A stretch of 64,000 nt of DNA from an uncultured Rhizobium sp. (GCA_964415065.1 CAYPYX010000001.1:35298-99297), one strand, 5' to 3'. Positions 1 through 10,688 are shown, counted from the stretch's first letter. A program made the numbers and translations. The notes: a model not told the origin generated them from the sequence alone.

Positions 1-290
1 GGAAATTCGGAGAGTAAAATTTCATTTACTTTCCATAAAAATCCGGCCAAAACTATTAGATCTGCTGCATCTTGTCTTATTTGTTGATACAAAATTGAAT
101 CTGAATTTTTCCATTCACTTCGATCAAATAATGTACATCGAACGTTTAATCTTTCGGCTCTTTCAAAAATTCCTGCTCCTGGATTATTGCAGTAAATACC
201 CACCACTTCAAAATCTTTTAAATGATGCAATTGAATAATATTTTCGGCGTTACTTCCTGAACCTGAAGCAAAAATGATTACTTTTTTCAT
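1..290 (-). CDS. purN: Phosphoribosylglycinamide formyltransferase (PurN), N-terminal part. The gene continues beyond the window start.
   Basis: The reverse complement from the ATG at 288-290 translates MKKVIIFASGSGSNAENII...VVGIYCNNPGAGIFERAE...LIVLAGFLWKV, the classic GAR transformylase N-terminal motif. The frame stays open to the window edge. Confidence 0.8.
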   Translation of the reverse strand, partial: MKKVIIFASGSGSNAENIIQLHHLKDFEVVGIYCNNPGAGIFERAERLNVRCTLFDRSEWKNSDSILYQQIRQDAADLIVLAGFLWKVNEILLSEF

Positions 291-363
291 AATGAGTTGA
301 TTGGATTTGAAAGGGAAATAATTAATGGTTACCTAATACGGAAAACTACATTCGAGTGAAAAA

Positions 364-1377
364 TTAATGTAAAATCTGTGCTGATTGTGCCATTTTTCGC
401 AATAAACGAGCATCACCTGCGAAATCTGTGCCTCCTTGTGCAAACCATTCTAATACAATTACGCGATTATTTTTGACAAAATATCTTCTTTCAAAAGGCC
501 CACGTCTCGTTGTTCCTAATTCAGTAAACCAACCTCTAAAACCTAAAACACATTCTTTTGAGGTGCTAATTAATTTCGACTTGTAATTTCCCAAATCGCT
601 CACAGCCATAGTGGTTCCTTCGTCATTGTAGTAATGTATTTTACTTGAGGAATTTCTTTCCATTACAGCTTCAGCTAATGTTTTGGGTAGTTTTTCTTGG
701 GGGATGATTTCAATACTAAATGATATATAACCACCATTCGGTTTTAATGAAGAAATCCAAATAAAGTTACTATCATTTTTGAAGACTTTAAAATTAGATG
801 GGATTTCCATTCGCACTCCAAATTGATTTTCAACTGATTTTTGAAGTTGCTTGGAATAATCGTTACTTGGAACTTCAATGGCTTGATTGCAATATTGGAT
901 TATGGAATTCAACTTCATCATCATTTCTTTTGAATCTAGGGTAGATTCGTCGAAATCGGGAATTTCTATGATCATTTGACCCAATCCAAACGGGTTCTTA
1001 TAAACGTTAAATTGTTTATCGTTGAAAACAAATGAAGTGTCGTATTTATTTGGAAAATCCACTGATTCATCAGTAATCACCAAACGATGATTTTTGATAT
1101 ATCCCTCATCTTCAATAGGAGTGAAATTCCAGATACTCTCATAACGAATGTTTCCTGAAAAATCATCTATAATTAAATGTGAATCCAATAAAGGATATTT
1201 GACTTGCACTAATTCCAGTAACGTATTGAGATTTTTTTCAGAAGCGTAAATGCCTACGTGACCTACTTCGTCAATTACTGGAACTAAATCCTTCTGCTTG
1301 TTTTTGCATGATGCCGCTGCAATTAAAATAAGAAACGTAGTAATGGCAAAACGCAAAAGCGACGTGTTATTAGTCAT
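364..1377 (-). CDS. hypothetical lipoprotein
   Basis: 337-aa ORF. N-terminus has a signal peptide with a lipobox (LILIAAASC). No recognisable catalytic motif. Confidence 0.5.
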   Translation of the reverse strand: MTNNTSLLRFAITTFLILIAAASCKNKQKDLVPVIDEVGHVGIYASEKNLNTLLELVQVKYPLLDSHLIIDDFSGNIRYESIWNFTPIEDEGYIKNHRLVITDESVDFPNKYDTSFVFNDKQFNVYKNPFGLGQMIIEIPDFDESTLDSKEMMMKLNSIIQYCNQAIEVPSNDYSKQLQKSVENQFGVRMEIPSNFKVFKNDSNFIWISSLKPNGGYISFSIEIIPQEKLPKTLAEAVMERNSSSKIHYYNDEGTTMAVSDLGNYKSKLISTSKECVLGFRGWFTELGTTRRGPFERRYFVKNNRVIVLEWFAQGGTDFAGDARLLRKMAQSAQILH

Positions 1378-1429
1378 CCCACAAATTTAACTTAAAAATA
1401 GGGAAGAAGGCATATCGAAAATGGAACTT

Positions 1430-2695
1430 CTAATTGTAATTTCGTTTGTGTGTTACACCCTTGCGAATAATCAACCGTTGTCCCACACGTAGCTTATCAC
1501 TTCGCAATCCATTTGATGATTTTAGGTGAGCAACTGAAATTCCATATCTACGAGATATTTGACTCAGAGTTTCACCTCTTCGAACGGTATGTACTCGTGT
1601 TTTAGAATTGTAAACGGGCGCTTTATTATTATTCGTTTTTTGATAATTGTAAGATTTTAATTCATCTGGACGTATTAATGCGTATTCCATTAAACTATCT
1701 GTACTTCTTACGTAATTCATACTGAAATCGTAGGGTAGCAAGATGGTATTATTGGTAGCATTGGCTGTATTCGGCTTAATGAATTCACGGTTTAAACTCA
1801 GAAGTCGATGACTTTCATCACCCGCAATATAATTACACATTTTGATCAAGTGGTAGCTAGTATCTACGCGAGTAGGGACTAAAAACTGAGTATTACCATT
1901 GTATGTTTGATTACGTGCTCTGTTCGTAAAATTCAATACATATGTCATTGCTATGAATTTCGGGACGTAATATTGTGTTTCCTTGGGTAGATAAGGTAAA
2001 ATCTGCCAAAACGTTTTTTTCCCACCGCCTGCTCTTCGAATGGCACGTTTTACATTTCCAGCACCACAATTGTATGAAGCTATGGTCATAAGCCAATCAT
2101 CAAAGAGCATTTGGGAATTTTTAAAATAATCACATGCTGTTTCGGTAGATGCAATGATACTTTTACGCTCATCCAATGAAACATTAATTTTCATCCCCAT
2201 CAACTTGCCAGTGTAGGGCATAAATTGCCATAATCCAGTTGCACCGCACCAAGAAACTGCGTCAGGATTTAAATTGGATTCAATAACTGAAACGTATTTT
2301 AACTCAGTTGGTAAAGCGTTCTTATCTAAGATTTCCTCGAACACGGGAAAATAAAGACTCATGCGCTGATGAATTTTATCGAAATAAGCATCCCCCAAAC
2401 TTAAAAAATATCGTACTTGGCCTTTAACCATTTCATGATATTCAAAGGGAATATTACTTCCTAAGGTTTTAAAACATTCATCAAAATGTTGACGATTGAA
2501 TGATTCAACGGTTTGAAATTGAGGTGGAGTATGACTTGGAATTTGAGTGTATAACTGAATCGTTAAACTATCAATTCTTCGGATATCATTATAGGAATTT
2601 TCGTCTGATATAGGTGCCTGTGAGTAGCTCGTCACGGATAATACTCCCATAATGGCTACACTAAGTATATTTCTTAATTTTTGCTCAATTCTCAT
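1430..2695 (-). CDS. LysM-domain lytic transglycosylase (MltD-like, SLT domain)
   Basis: Signal peptide. SLT-type motif ESNLNPDAVSWCGATGLWQFMPYTG and AYNCGAGNV. C-terminal LysM (TVRRGETLSQISRRYGISVAHLKSSNGL). Confidence 0.8.
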   Translation of the reverse strand: MRIEQKLRNILSVAIMGVLSVTSYSQAPISDENSYNDIRRIDSLTIQLYTQIPSHTPPQFQTVESFNRQHFDECFKTLGSNIPFEYHEMVKGQVRYFLSLGDAYFDKIHQRMSLYFPVFEEILDKNALPTELKYVSVIESNLNPDAVSWCGATGLWQFMPYTGKLMGMKINVSLDERKSIIASTETACDYFKNSQMLFDDWLMTIASYNCGAGNVKRAIRRAGGGKKTFWQILPYLPKETQYYVPKFIAMTYVLNFTNRARNQTYNGNTQFLVPTRVDTSYHLIKMCNYIAGDESHRLLSLNREFIKPNTANATNNTILLPYDFSMNYVRSTDSLMEYALIRPDELKSYNYQKTNNNKAPVYNSKTRVHTVRRGETLSQISRRYGISVAHLKSSNGLRSDKLRVGQRLIIRKGVTHKRNYN

Positions 2696-2878
2696 TCTTA
2701 GTTTCGGTTATAATTTCGAAAAGTTTCACAATTTACAAAAAAAACGCCAATTCTTTGGCATTTGGGCCTGTTTTATGCGGTTGGAATTGTTGTATATTTG
2801 TGGAAAAACATGTGAAATTGACCTTTTCAATTGTCCTTAATTTAATGTAAATTTCACTTACTATAATCTGTTAACGAA

Positions 2879-4093
2879 ATGGAACACGAAATATTCTCTG
2901 GGATGTCAGCAATGGAAACAGAAACGTTACCATTGAAGGCTAAATTGCGAAATCATAATAAATCCATTAGCATCGGAATTCCTAAAGAAGTTACATTTCA
3001 AGAAAACAGAGTTCCTCTAACCCCTAGTGCTGTCAAGTACTTAAACGGATTGGGGATTCAAATTCAAATTGAACGTGGTATTGGTTTAAATGCTAACTTT
3101 TCCGATGCTCAATATTCTGAGGCGGGAGCTGAAATAAGAAATTGGGCTAAAGAGATCTACGAAAGTGATATCATTTTAAAAGTAGATCCACCTACTTTAC
3201 AGGAAGTGGAATTCATGAAAAATGGACAGTTACTTATATCTGCGTTGCAATTGAACCAATTAGATCCCATTTTACTCAAAAAAATGATGGATAAAAAAAT
3301 CAATGCCTTGGCATATGAGTTTTTACAAGATGAATCTGGTGCATTGCCCATTATTCGAGCAATGAGTGAAATTGCTGGTACCGCTTCAATTTTAATAGCA
3401 GCCGAATATTTGAACAACACGCACATTGGTAAAGGAGAACTACTGGGTGGTTTTGCGGGTGTTCCTCCTACACAAGTTGTAATTATTGGTGCTGGTGCTG
3501 TAGGAGAATTTGCTACGAAAGCAGCTTTGGGACTTGGAGCAAACATTAAAATATTCGATAATAATGTGTACAGATTGCGCAGAATCCAAAAAAACTTCGG
3601 TTTCCAATTATACACTTCAACCATTCAACCCCAAGTATTGAGTTCTGCATTGGAAAGAGCGGATGTTGTAATTGGAGCCTATGCAGGAAATACACACCGT
3701 TGTCCTATGATAGTTACTGAAGAGATGGTAATGAAAATGCGCCCCAATAGTATAATTATTGATGTTGCTATTGATCGTGGCGGAAATTTTGAAACTTCCG
3801 AAATTACCAATCACGAAAAACCAGTATTCAAAAAACATGATATTATACACTACTGTGTACCTAATATTACCTCAAGGGTTAGCAGAACTGCATCTTATGC
3901 ACTAAGTAACGTTTTTACACCTTTGATGGACGAATTGAACCAATGTGGTGGAATCGCAGAATTTGCTAAATTTCAAAAAGGGATTCGAAAAGGTATGTAT
4001 TTGTTTAAAGGTAATCTGACCAATAAAAATCTATCGGATAAATTCGGAATCAAATACCATGATATTGACTTAATGGTAGGTTTATTTAATTAA
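2879..4093 (+). CDS. Alanine dehydrogenase / NAD(P) transhydrogenase alpha-type (AlaDH/PNT family) protein
   Basis: 404 aa. Rossmann motif VVIIGAGAVGEFATKAALGLGANIKIFD. Overall AlaDH/PNT architecture with N- and C-terminal domains. Confidence 0.7.
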   Translation: MEHEIFSGMSAMETETLPLKAKLRNHNKSISIGIPKEVTFQENRVPLTPSAVKYLNGLGIQIQIERGIGLNANFSDAQYSEAGAEIRNWAKEIYESDIILKVDPPTLQEVEFMKNGQLLISALQLNQLDPILLKKMMDKKINALAYEFLQDESGALPIIRAMSEIAGTASILIAAEYLNNTHIGKGELLGGFAGVPPTQVVIIGAGAVGEFATKAALGLGANIKIFDNNVYRLRRIQKNFGFQLYTSTIQPQVLSSALERADVVIGAYAGNTHRCPMIVTEEMVMKMRPNSIIIDVAIDRGGNFETSEITNHEKPVFKKHDIIHYCVPNITSRVSRTASYALSNVFTPLMDELNQCGGIAEFAKFQKGIRKGMYLFKGNLTNKNLSDKFGIKYHDIDLMVGLFN

Positions 4094-4102
4094 ACTGATT
4101 AA

Positions 4103-4314
4103 ATTCTAAACGGTTTAAATTCCAGTGTATCGTTTTTGATTCTATTAAATGGTTAAAAAATACTTGTTTTTTTACCTTGATAATTCTAAACGGTTTAAAT
4201 TTCAGTGTATCGATAAATATTGATACAATTACAATTAATGTATTAAATGCGGTTTACCGTGACATAAATCAGAAATTAATAAATTAAATGCGGTCTACCG
4301 TGACATAAATCAGA
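4103..4314. repeat. Two families of short direct repeats in a convergent intergenic spacer. A 30-bp unit sits at 4103-4132 and 4183-4212 with 1 mismatch. A 31-bp unit sits at 4243-4273 and 4284-4314 with 1 mismatch.
   Basis: attctaaacggtttaaatTccagtgtatcg / ...aaatTtcag... and ttaaatgcggtTtaccgtgacataaatcaga / ...ggtCtacc... were read directly from the sequence. Confidence 0.6.
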
Positions 4315-4340
4315 TAGAAAAAAAGGAAATAACAGAAATC

Positions 4341-5426
4341 TTATTCCAAAACATAATAATTCACATCCACTCCTTGCGTATCAAAATGATCTTTTACTCG
4401 TTGGGCATGAGTGTCTGAAACAAATATTTGTCCAAATTCATCATTACATACCATATTCATTAGATGTTGAGAACGAGTTTCATCAATCTTTTCAAAAATA
4501 TCATCCAATAATAACCAAGGTTTTCTACCTGAAAACTGTTTCAAATATTGATATTGAGCAAGTTTTAAAGCAATTACGGAACTTTTGATTTGTCCTTGAG
4601 AGCCAAATTTCTTCAGTGGTAATCCGTTAATCTCTATGTTTAAATCATCTTTATGAACTCCATTGCTTGTTCTACCAGTAATACTGTCGATTTTCTGATT
4701 GTTTAATAGTATTTTTTCGATAGAGTCACTATTTAAAGCAGAAATATAATCCAATTTTAGTATTTCTTTATTCGAATCTTCACACAATTTGCTGTAATAT
4801 TCGTTAAAATATGGGTTGAATTTTTGAATAAACTGGGTTCTTTTTTGAAAAATTGAGTTCGATAACGGAATGAGCTTATAATTGTAGGATTCCATAAGAA
4901 TGGGATCGGCTTCTCTGCCTTCTAACGACTTTAAAAATGAATTTCGCTGATCAATTACTTTTCGATATTCGATAAGTTGGTTTAAATATTCCTTATCCAA
5001 TTGACTAATGGTGTAATCGATGAATCGTCTTCGTTCTTCTGAACCATCAAATACCAATGAAATATCATAAGGAGTAATAAATACAGCGGAAATTTGTCCA
5101 ATGTAATCCAATAATCGTGCAAACGGTTTATTATTTTTCTTTACGGTTTTTTTACGACTTTCTCCAAAAGTTATTTGTATGTCAACATTCTGATTTTCAT
5201 CGGAATAAATACCCATAATTGAACATTCTGTTTCACCAAATTGAATCAATTGATTGTCTAAATGGTTGAAGTAACTTTTCGTGTTTGCTAGATAGTAAAC
5301 TGCATCTAGAATATTGGTTTTTCCCACACCATTTTTCCCAATTATTGCATTTACCTTATCTGCAAACTGCAAGGTAATGTTAGAGTGATTTTTGAAATGA
5401 TATAAACGCAGTTCCTTAAGATTCAC
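4341..5426 (-). CDS. recF: DNA replication and repair protein RecF
   Basis: N-terminal LKELRLYHFKNH...NAIIGKNGVGKTNILDAV Walker A. SMC-like signature LLLDDIFEKID near the C-terminus. Confidence 0.9.
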   Translation of the reverse strand: MNLKELRLYHFKNHSNITLQFADKVNAIIGKNGVGKTNILDAVYYLANTKSYFNHLDNQLIQFGETECSIMGIYSDENQNVDIQITFGESRKKTVKKNNKPFARLLDYIGQISAVFITPYDISLVFDGSEERRRFIDYTISQLDKEYLNQLIEYRKVIDQRNSFLKSLEGREADPILMESYNYKLIPLSNSIFQKRTQFIQKFNPYFNEYYSKLCEDSNKEILKLDYISALNSDSIEKILLNNQKIDSITGRTSNGVHKDDLNIEINGLPLKKFGSQGQIKSSVIALKLAQYQYLKQFSGRKPWLLLDDIFEKIDETRSQHLMNMVCNDEFGQIFVSDTHAQRVKDHFDTQGVDVNYYVLE

Positions 5427-5564
5427 CGTTCAAAATTACACATAATGACTCAAAGATCTAACGATTTAATCACTTGAGAATTTCAAGTTTTCAATTCACA
5501 ATTAACAGATAAAATGGGTAAAACTTATTTTGTACCACTTGCAGATTTAAATTAATTTGCAAAT

Positions 5565-6065
5565 ATGAAGCCAACCAGAATTTATCTATCTATTGCATTG
5601 ATTATTACTGTTTTTTCATGCAATCGCAAAGAAAATGATCTATACAAACCCTATACATTTAATACAAACGCACTGGATTCTCTGGTGAGGTTAAAAGAAG
5701 TTATCCTAGATCAATCACTTAGAGAAGATGGAACTCTGCGCGAGCGTAAATATTATTTAGGAGATACGGTTAAATACTTAGTAACCTACAACAAGCAAGA
5801 GAAAATCCTCAATTTGAGTAAATTCAAAGGACCAGAAGAAGTTTGGACTGAGAATTATTACCCCAACGGACAACGTTTGTCACATTATGAAAAGAAAATG
5901 GATGAAAAAACGGGAATGTCTCATTTTCATGGTTTTTACGAAGCATATTACGAAACGGGTTGGGTAAAGGAACGCGGAATGTATAAAATGGATAATCCCG
6001 ATTGGATTGTAAACTACACAGAATCTGGATTATCTGGAGATACAACAGTTTACGTAACAAAATAA
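5565..6065 (+). CDS. hypothetical lipoprotein with MORN-like repeats
   Basis: Signal peptide plus lipobox (ITVFSC). Repeated Y.PNGQ../G.Y...YYETGW motifs resembling MORN/YwqK-like repeats. Confidence 0.45.
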   Translation: MKPTRIYLSIALIITVFSCNRKENDLYKPYTFNTNALDSLVRLKEVILDQSLREDGTLRERKYYLGDTVKYLVTYNKQEKILNLSKFKGPEEVWTENYYPNGQRLSHYEKKMDEKTGMSHFHGFYEAYYETGWVKERGMYKMDNPDWIVNYTESGLSGDTTVYVTK

Positions 6066-6225
6066 CAATTGGTATAGCCTTAGAAAATTATCTTTTCCAT
6101 TTATATCTTTACTTGTTTAGCTTACTTTTCGTTTCAAATAATTAGCTTTCAATATCAACCCCAAAATTAGTTTTCGTTTTAATCTACGTAAACAATTTCT
6201 ATTTTTTAATCTCAAGTAATTTTTC

Positions 6226-9200
6226 ATGCCCAAGTTTTCACATTTACACGTTCATACTCAGTACTCGTTATTAGACGGTGCAGCGGATATAAAAAAACTA
6301 ATTAGAAAAGCCAAAGACGATGGTATGCCGGCAGTTGCCATTACTGATCATGGTAATATGTTCGGAGTTTTTGATTTCTATCAAGCTGCAAAAAGTCAAG
6401 GTGTGTTACCAGTAATCGGTTGTGAATTCTATCTAGTAGAAGATCGATTTCAAAAAACATTTGGTCAAGGTAAAAAAGATAAACGCTATCACCAATTGTT
6501 GTTAGCCAAAAATCAGAAAGGATACGAGAATTTATCCAAGTTATGTTCTTTGGGATATTTGGAAGGTTTGTATTCAAAATATCCCCGAATAGATAAAGAA
6601 CTATTAAATCAATACAAAGAAGGTCTAATCGCTACAAGTTGTTGTATCGGAGCTGAAATTCCTCAAGCAATTTTATTTAAAGGGGAAGAAGAAGCAGAAA
6701 AGCTATTTGTTGAATGGCATTCATTATTTGGGGATGATTTCTATGTGGAATTGCAGCGACATAATCTGTGCAACATTGATAACACAGGTTTAGATCAAGA
6801 AGATGTTAACCAGGTACTGATAAAATTTGCACGAAAGTATAATGTTCCTATTATAGCAACCAACGATTCTCATTATATTGATCAAGAGGATTCAAATGCA
6901 CATGATATATTATTGTGTATTAATACCAACGAATTTCAATCTACTCCAAAAGCAACCAATGAAGAGTCGGGAAAAGGATTTCGATTTGGATTCCCCAACG
7001 ATCAATTTTTCTTCAAAACACAAGAAGAAATGATTGAGTTATTTGCTGATATTCCGGAAGCCATTGATAATACCAATTTGTTGATTAGTACTATTGAAGC
7101 TCCTCAGTTAGCAAGAGATATTGTACTTCCAAATTATAGTCTTCCCCCGGGTTTTGCCGATCAGAAAGAATACCTTACTCATTTGGCTTATGAGGGTTGT
7201 AGGAAAAAGTATGGTGGTAGCATTCCTTTGGTGGTGGAAGAACGATTAAAATTTGAGTTAGGTACAATTTGCAGTTCAGGTTATGAGGGATATTTCTTGA
7301 TTGTACAAGATTTTACATCTGCTGCACGAGAAATGGGAGTTTGGGTTGGACCCGGTCGTGGATCTGCCGCTGGAAGTTTAGTTGCCTATGCACTTGGAAT
7401 TACCAACGTGGATCCTGTTAAATACGATTTACTTTTTGAGCGTTTTTTGAATCCTGAGCGTGTAAGTATGCCTGACGTCGATATCGATTTTGACGACCAA
7501 GGTCGGGATCGAGTGATTGATTATGTAGCTAAGAAATATGGAGAACGGAGAATTGCTCAGATTATAACGTATGGAACAATGGCTGCTAAATCGGCAATAC
7601 GCGATGTAGCAAGAGTTTTACAGTATCCTCTTCCCGAATCGGATCGATTAGCCAAATTGGTAGTTGGGAACTATGGTTTTAAAACATTATTTCACGCGGA
7701 TCCAGATGCTTTAGCTAAAGACGACTCAAATAACCTAAAACCTGAAGAAATTGATCAAATCAAAGAACTTCAGAAAATATACAATGGTAATGATTTGGCT
7801 GCAAAAGTTCTTAAAGACGCTGAAAAATTAGAGGGCAGCGTTAGGAATACCGGAGTTCACGCCTGCGGAATCATTATTGCGCCTAAAGATATTGATGATG
7901 TTGTTCCCGTTGCTAGAAGCAAAGATTCGCCTTGGATGCAAGTTCAATATGATGTAAACCAAATTGAAAAGGCAGGTTTATTGAAAATGGATTTTTTGGG
8001 ATTAAGTACATTATCTATCCTAAAAGATGCAATTCAACTTATCAAAGATACTGCGGGGGTTGAAATCGTTTTAGATGAAATTCCTCTTGATGACGTTAAA
8101 ACCTATGAATTATTCCAACGAGGTGAAACTAACGGAATTTTTCAGTTTGAAAGTCCCGGTATGCAGAAATATATGCGCGATTTAAAACCCACTCAGTTTG
8201 GGGATTTAATTGCAATGAACGCACTTTATCGCCCGGGACCGATGAAGTATATTCCTGAATTTGTGGATCGTAAACACGGAAAAAAACCTGTGATCTATGA
8301 TTTACCTGAAATGGAGGAATATTTAAAAGAGACCTATGGAATTACGGTTTATCAAGAGCAGGTAATGCTATTGAGTCAAAAAATTGCTGGGTTTTCAAAA
8401 GGTAAGGCGGATAAATTGAGAAAAGCCATGGGTAAAAAGGATAAGGCTTTAATTGACGAACTAAAGACTGATTTTATGTCAGGTGCTTTAGAAAAAGGAT
8501 ATCCAGAAAAGGTGCTCGAGAAGATTTATAGCGATTGGGAAGAGTTCGCGCAATATGCATTTAACAAGTCACATTCAACATGTTATGCAGTAATTGCGTT
8601 TCACACAGCATATTTGAAAGCTCACTATCCGGCACAATTTATGTCTGCCGTTCTCAAAAGTAACATGAACGACATTAAAAAAATCACATTTTACATGGAA
8701 GAGTGTCAGAGAATTGGAATCAAAGTTTTGGGTCCTGACATCAATGAAAGTCGTTCAGCATTTACCGTTACTACCAAAAATGAAATTAGATTTGGATTAT
8801 CAGCAGTAAAAGGTGTTGGAGAAGGGGCAGTAGAAGAGATATTGAATATTCGGGAAAAAGATGGTCCTTTCACGAGTATTTTTGATTTGACATCACGAAT
8901 GCCAGCAAAGACGATTAATCGCAGAACCTTAGAAAGTATGGCAAAAGCCGGAGTATTTGATTTTGATACAAGATATCACAGAGCTCAATATGTGGCAACA
9001 GATGAGTCAAATGTAACGGGTGTGGAACTAGCAATTAGATACGGACAAAAGATACAACAAGATAAGATTTCAGGACAAACCTCCTTGTTTGGCGGCGTGT
9101 CTGAATCCATCATCCCACAAGAACCTAAATTGCCGAATAACGAGCCCTTTAGTTTGATGGATGAATTGAAACAAGAAATTGAGCTAATTGGTGTATATTT

Positions 9201-9816
9201 AAGTAAGCATCCTTTAGATGATCATAAATTTGCTTATCAATTAATAAAGAAAAATACAGTCAAGGAACTTTCCACTGCTATCGAAAATAATGAACGATTA
9301 GAATTCCGAGTGATGGGAATTGTAACATCCGCTCGTGAAATAATCTCACAAAAAGGAAATCCATACGGTAGAATTACTTTATTGGACTATTCTGGGAATA
9401 TTGAATTAAACTTCTATGGTAAAGAATACATTAACAATAAATCCTATCTATCAAAAGATTACATATTGTTAATTCAAGGAGTAGTTGAACCACGTCCTGA
9501 TGATGTACGTCCTAAGATCATTTATAAACCCGTTCGATTTGCTTCAGATATTGATCCATCTCAATTAGTCAAGTCTATTAGCATTACGTTAAGGCCAAGT
9601 GATTTAGTCAATGGTATTCATCAAACTATTTCAGATATTCTAGAGCAATTCCCAGGTAATACCCCAGTTTGGTTTCTATTCCAAGATGGTGAGGAGGAAA
9701 TGGGTGTAACTTTAGTTTCTAATTTCAGAGTAAATTTTTGTCCAGAATTACTTGAAATCATGAATGAAATGGAAGTACGTTATGAATATCAAATCGAAGA
9801 AAAATTATTGAAATGA
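6226..9816 (+). CDS. dnaE: DNA polymerase III alpha subunit
   Basis: 1196 aa. PHP domain (HLHVHTQYSLLDGA...VAITDHGNMFG). Polymerase core motifs (GPGRGSAAGSLVAYALGITNVDP, MPDVDIDF). C-terminal OB fold. Confidence 0.95.
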   Translation: MPKFSHLHVHTQYSLLDGAADIKKLIRKAKDDGMPAVAITDHGNMFGVFDFYQAAKSQGVLPVIGCEFYLVEDRFQKTFGQGKKDKRYHQLLLAKNQKGYENLSKLCSLGYLEGLYSKYPRIDKELLNQYKEGLIATSCCIGAEIPQAILFKGEEEAEKLFVEWHSLFGDDFYVELQRHNLCNIDNTGLDQEDVNQVLIKFARKYNVPIIATNDSHYIDQEDSNAHDILLCINTNEFQSTPKATNEESGKGFRFGFPNDQFFFKTQEEMIELFADIPEAIDNTNLLISTIEAPQLARDIVLPNYSLPPGFADQKEYLTHLAYEGCRKKYGGSIPLVVEERLKFELGTICSSGYEGYFLIVQDFTSAAREMGVWVGPGRGSAAGSLVAYALGITNVDPVKYDLLFERFLNPERVSMPDVDIDFDDQGRDRVIDYVAKKYGERRIAQIITYGTMAAKSAIRDVARVLQYPLPESDRLAKLVVGNYGFKTLFHADPDALAKDDSNNLKPEEIDQIKELQKIYNGNDLAAKVLKDAEKLEGSVRNTGVHACGIIIAPKDIDDVVPVARSKDSPWMQVQYDVNQIEKAGLLKMDFLGLSTLSILKDAIQLIKDTAGVEIVLDEIPLDDVKTYELFQRGETNGIFQFESPGMQKYMRDLKPTQFGDLIAMNALYRPGPMKYIPEFVDRKHGKKPVIYDLPEMEEYLKETYGITVYQEQVMLLSQKIAGFSKGKADKLRKAMGKKDKALIDELKTDFMSGALEKGYPEKVLEKIYSDWEEFAQYAFNKSHSTCYAVIAFHTAYLKAHYPAQFMSAVLKSNMNDIKKITFYMEECQRIGIKVLGPDINESRSAFTVTTKNEIRFGLSAVKGVGEGAVEEILNIREKDGPFTSIFDLTSRMPAKTINRRTLESMAKAGVFDFDTRYHRAQYVATDESNVTGVELAIRYGQKIQQDKISGQTSLFGGVSESIIPQEPKLPNNEPFSLMDELKQEIELIGVYLSKHPLDDHKFAYQLIKKNTVKELSTAIENNERLEFRVMGIVTSAREIISQKGNPYGRITLLDYSGNIELNFYGKEYINNKSYLSKDYILLIQGVVEPRPDDVRPKIIYKPVRFASDIDPSQLVKSISITLRPSDLVNGIHQTISDILEQFPGNTPVWFLFQDGEEEMGVTLVSNFRVNFCPELLEIMNEMEVRYEYQIEEKLLK

Positions 9817-10688
9817 AAGTATCAGGATTTGCCATTGCCCGAAATGTTGTTCGTGCTGATTATCCCATAGAAGAGGCGCTATTATCTATATCGCCACTAT
9901 GCGATGAAATTATTGTAGCTGTGGGTAAATCCGAAGATGGAACACGAGAAAAAATAGAATCTCTTTCCATTCCAAATTTAAGGATATTGGACACAGTCTG
10001 GGATGATTCTTTGAGAGAAGGTGGTAGAGTTTTAGCAGATGAAACCAATAAAGCCTTGTCTGAAGTAGCTGAAGATTCAGACTGGTGCTTTTATATTCAG
10101 GCCGATGAATGTGTTCACGAAGCGGATTTACCGATCATAAAAAAAGCCATGATGGATTACGTGGATGATAAAAATGTAGATGGATTTTTATTTCAATATC
10201 AACATTTCTATGGTTCTTATGATTACATAGGTGATTCTAGACGATGGTATCGAAAGGAGATTCGAATAATCCGAAATAATAAGAACTTTAAAAGCTGGAA
10301 AGATGCTCAAGGTTTTAGAACTCTAGATAATCAGAAACTCAAAGTTGTAGAAATTCCAGCTCGAATCTTTCATTATGGATGGGTAAAACATCCCAAAGAA
10401 CAGCAACAAAAACAATTGCAATTTCACCGTTTGTGGCATGATGATCAATACATGGAACAAAAAGTAGCGAATAAATCAGAGTTTGATTATTCAGGTATTG
10501 ATTCTCTGGTCCCATACCAAGGTACACATCCACAGGTGATTCAAAACAGAATCCATAGAGTAAATTGGAAGTTTGACTACGATGTTTCACGCAAAAACTT
10601 CAATTTGAAGACCGGATTTTTGTATTGGTTTGAGAAAGTTTTTGGTGTTCGATTGGGTGAATACAAAAACTATAAAATTATTCGATGA
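9813..10688 (+). CDS. glycosyltransferase family 2-like protein
   Basis: Start overlaps the dnaE stop (ATGA). N-terminal GT-A-like fold pattern (GFAIARN...EIIVAVGKSEDGT...FYIQADE). Family assignment is by resemblance only. Confidence 0.5.
   Translation: MKVSGFAIARNVVRADYPIEEALLSISPLCDEIIVAVGKSEDGTREKIESLSIPNLRILDTVWDDSLREGGRVLADETNKALSEVAEDSDWCFYIQADECVHEADLPIIKKAMMDYVDDKNVDGFLFQYQHFYGSYDYIGDSRRWYRKEIRIIRNNKNFKSWKDAQGFRTLDNQKLKVVEIPARIFHYGWVKHPKEQQQKQLQFHRLWHDDQYMEQKVANKSEFDYSGIDSLVPYQGTHPQVIQNRIHRVNWKFDYDVSRKNFNLKTGFLYWFEKVFGVRLGEYKNYKIIR

Noticed and set aside
1911-2096. 61-aa ORF on the minus strand inside the transglycosylase gene
   Set aside because: It is entirely embedded in a well-supported longer gene in another frame. 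Antisense/overlap artefact of the six-frame track. The same applies to 2652-2840(+), 3157-3624(-), 3617-3850(-), 5824-6060(-), 6341-6577(-), 9860-10048(-), 10339-10590(-), 19119-19313(-), 20804-20989(+) and 20864-21088(-).
4103-4314. Possible CRISPR array, suggested by the roughly 30-bp direct repeats
   Set aside because: There are only two copies each of two unrelated repeat units. The spacing is unequal. The repeats carry no CRISPR-like palindromic core. There are no cas genes anywhere in the window.
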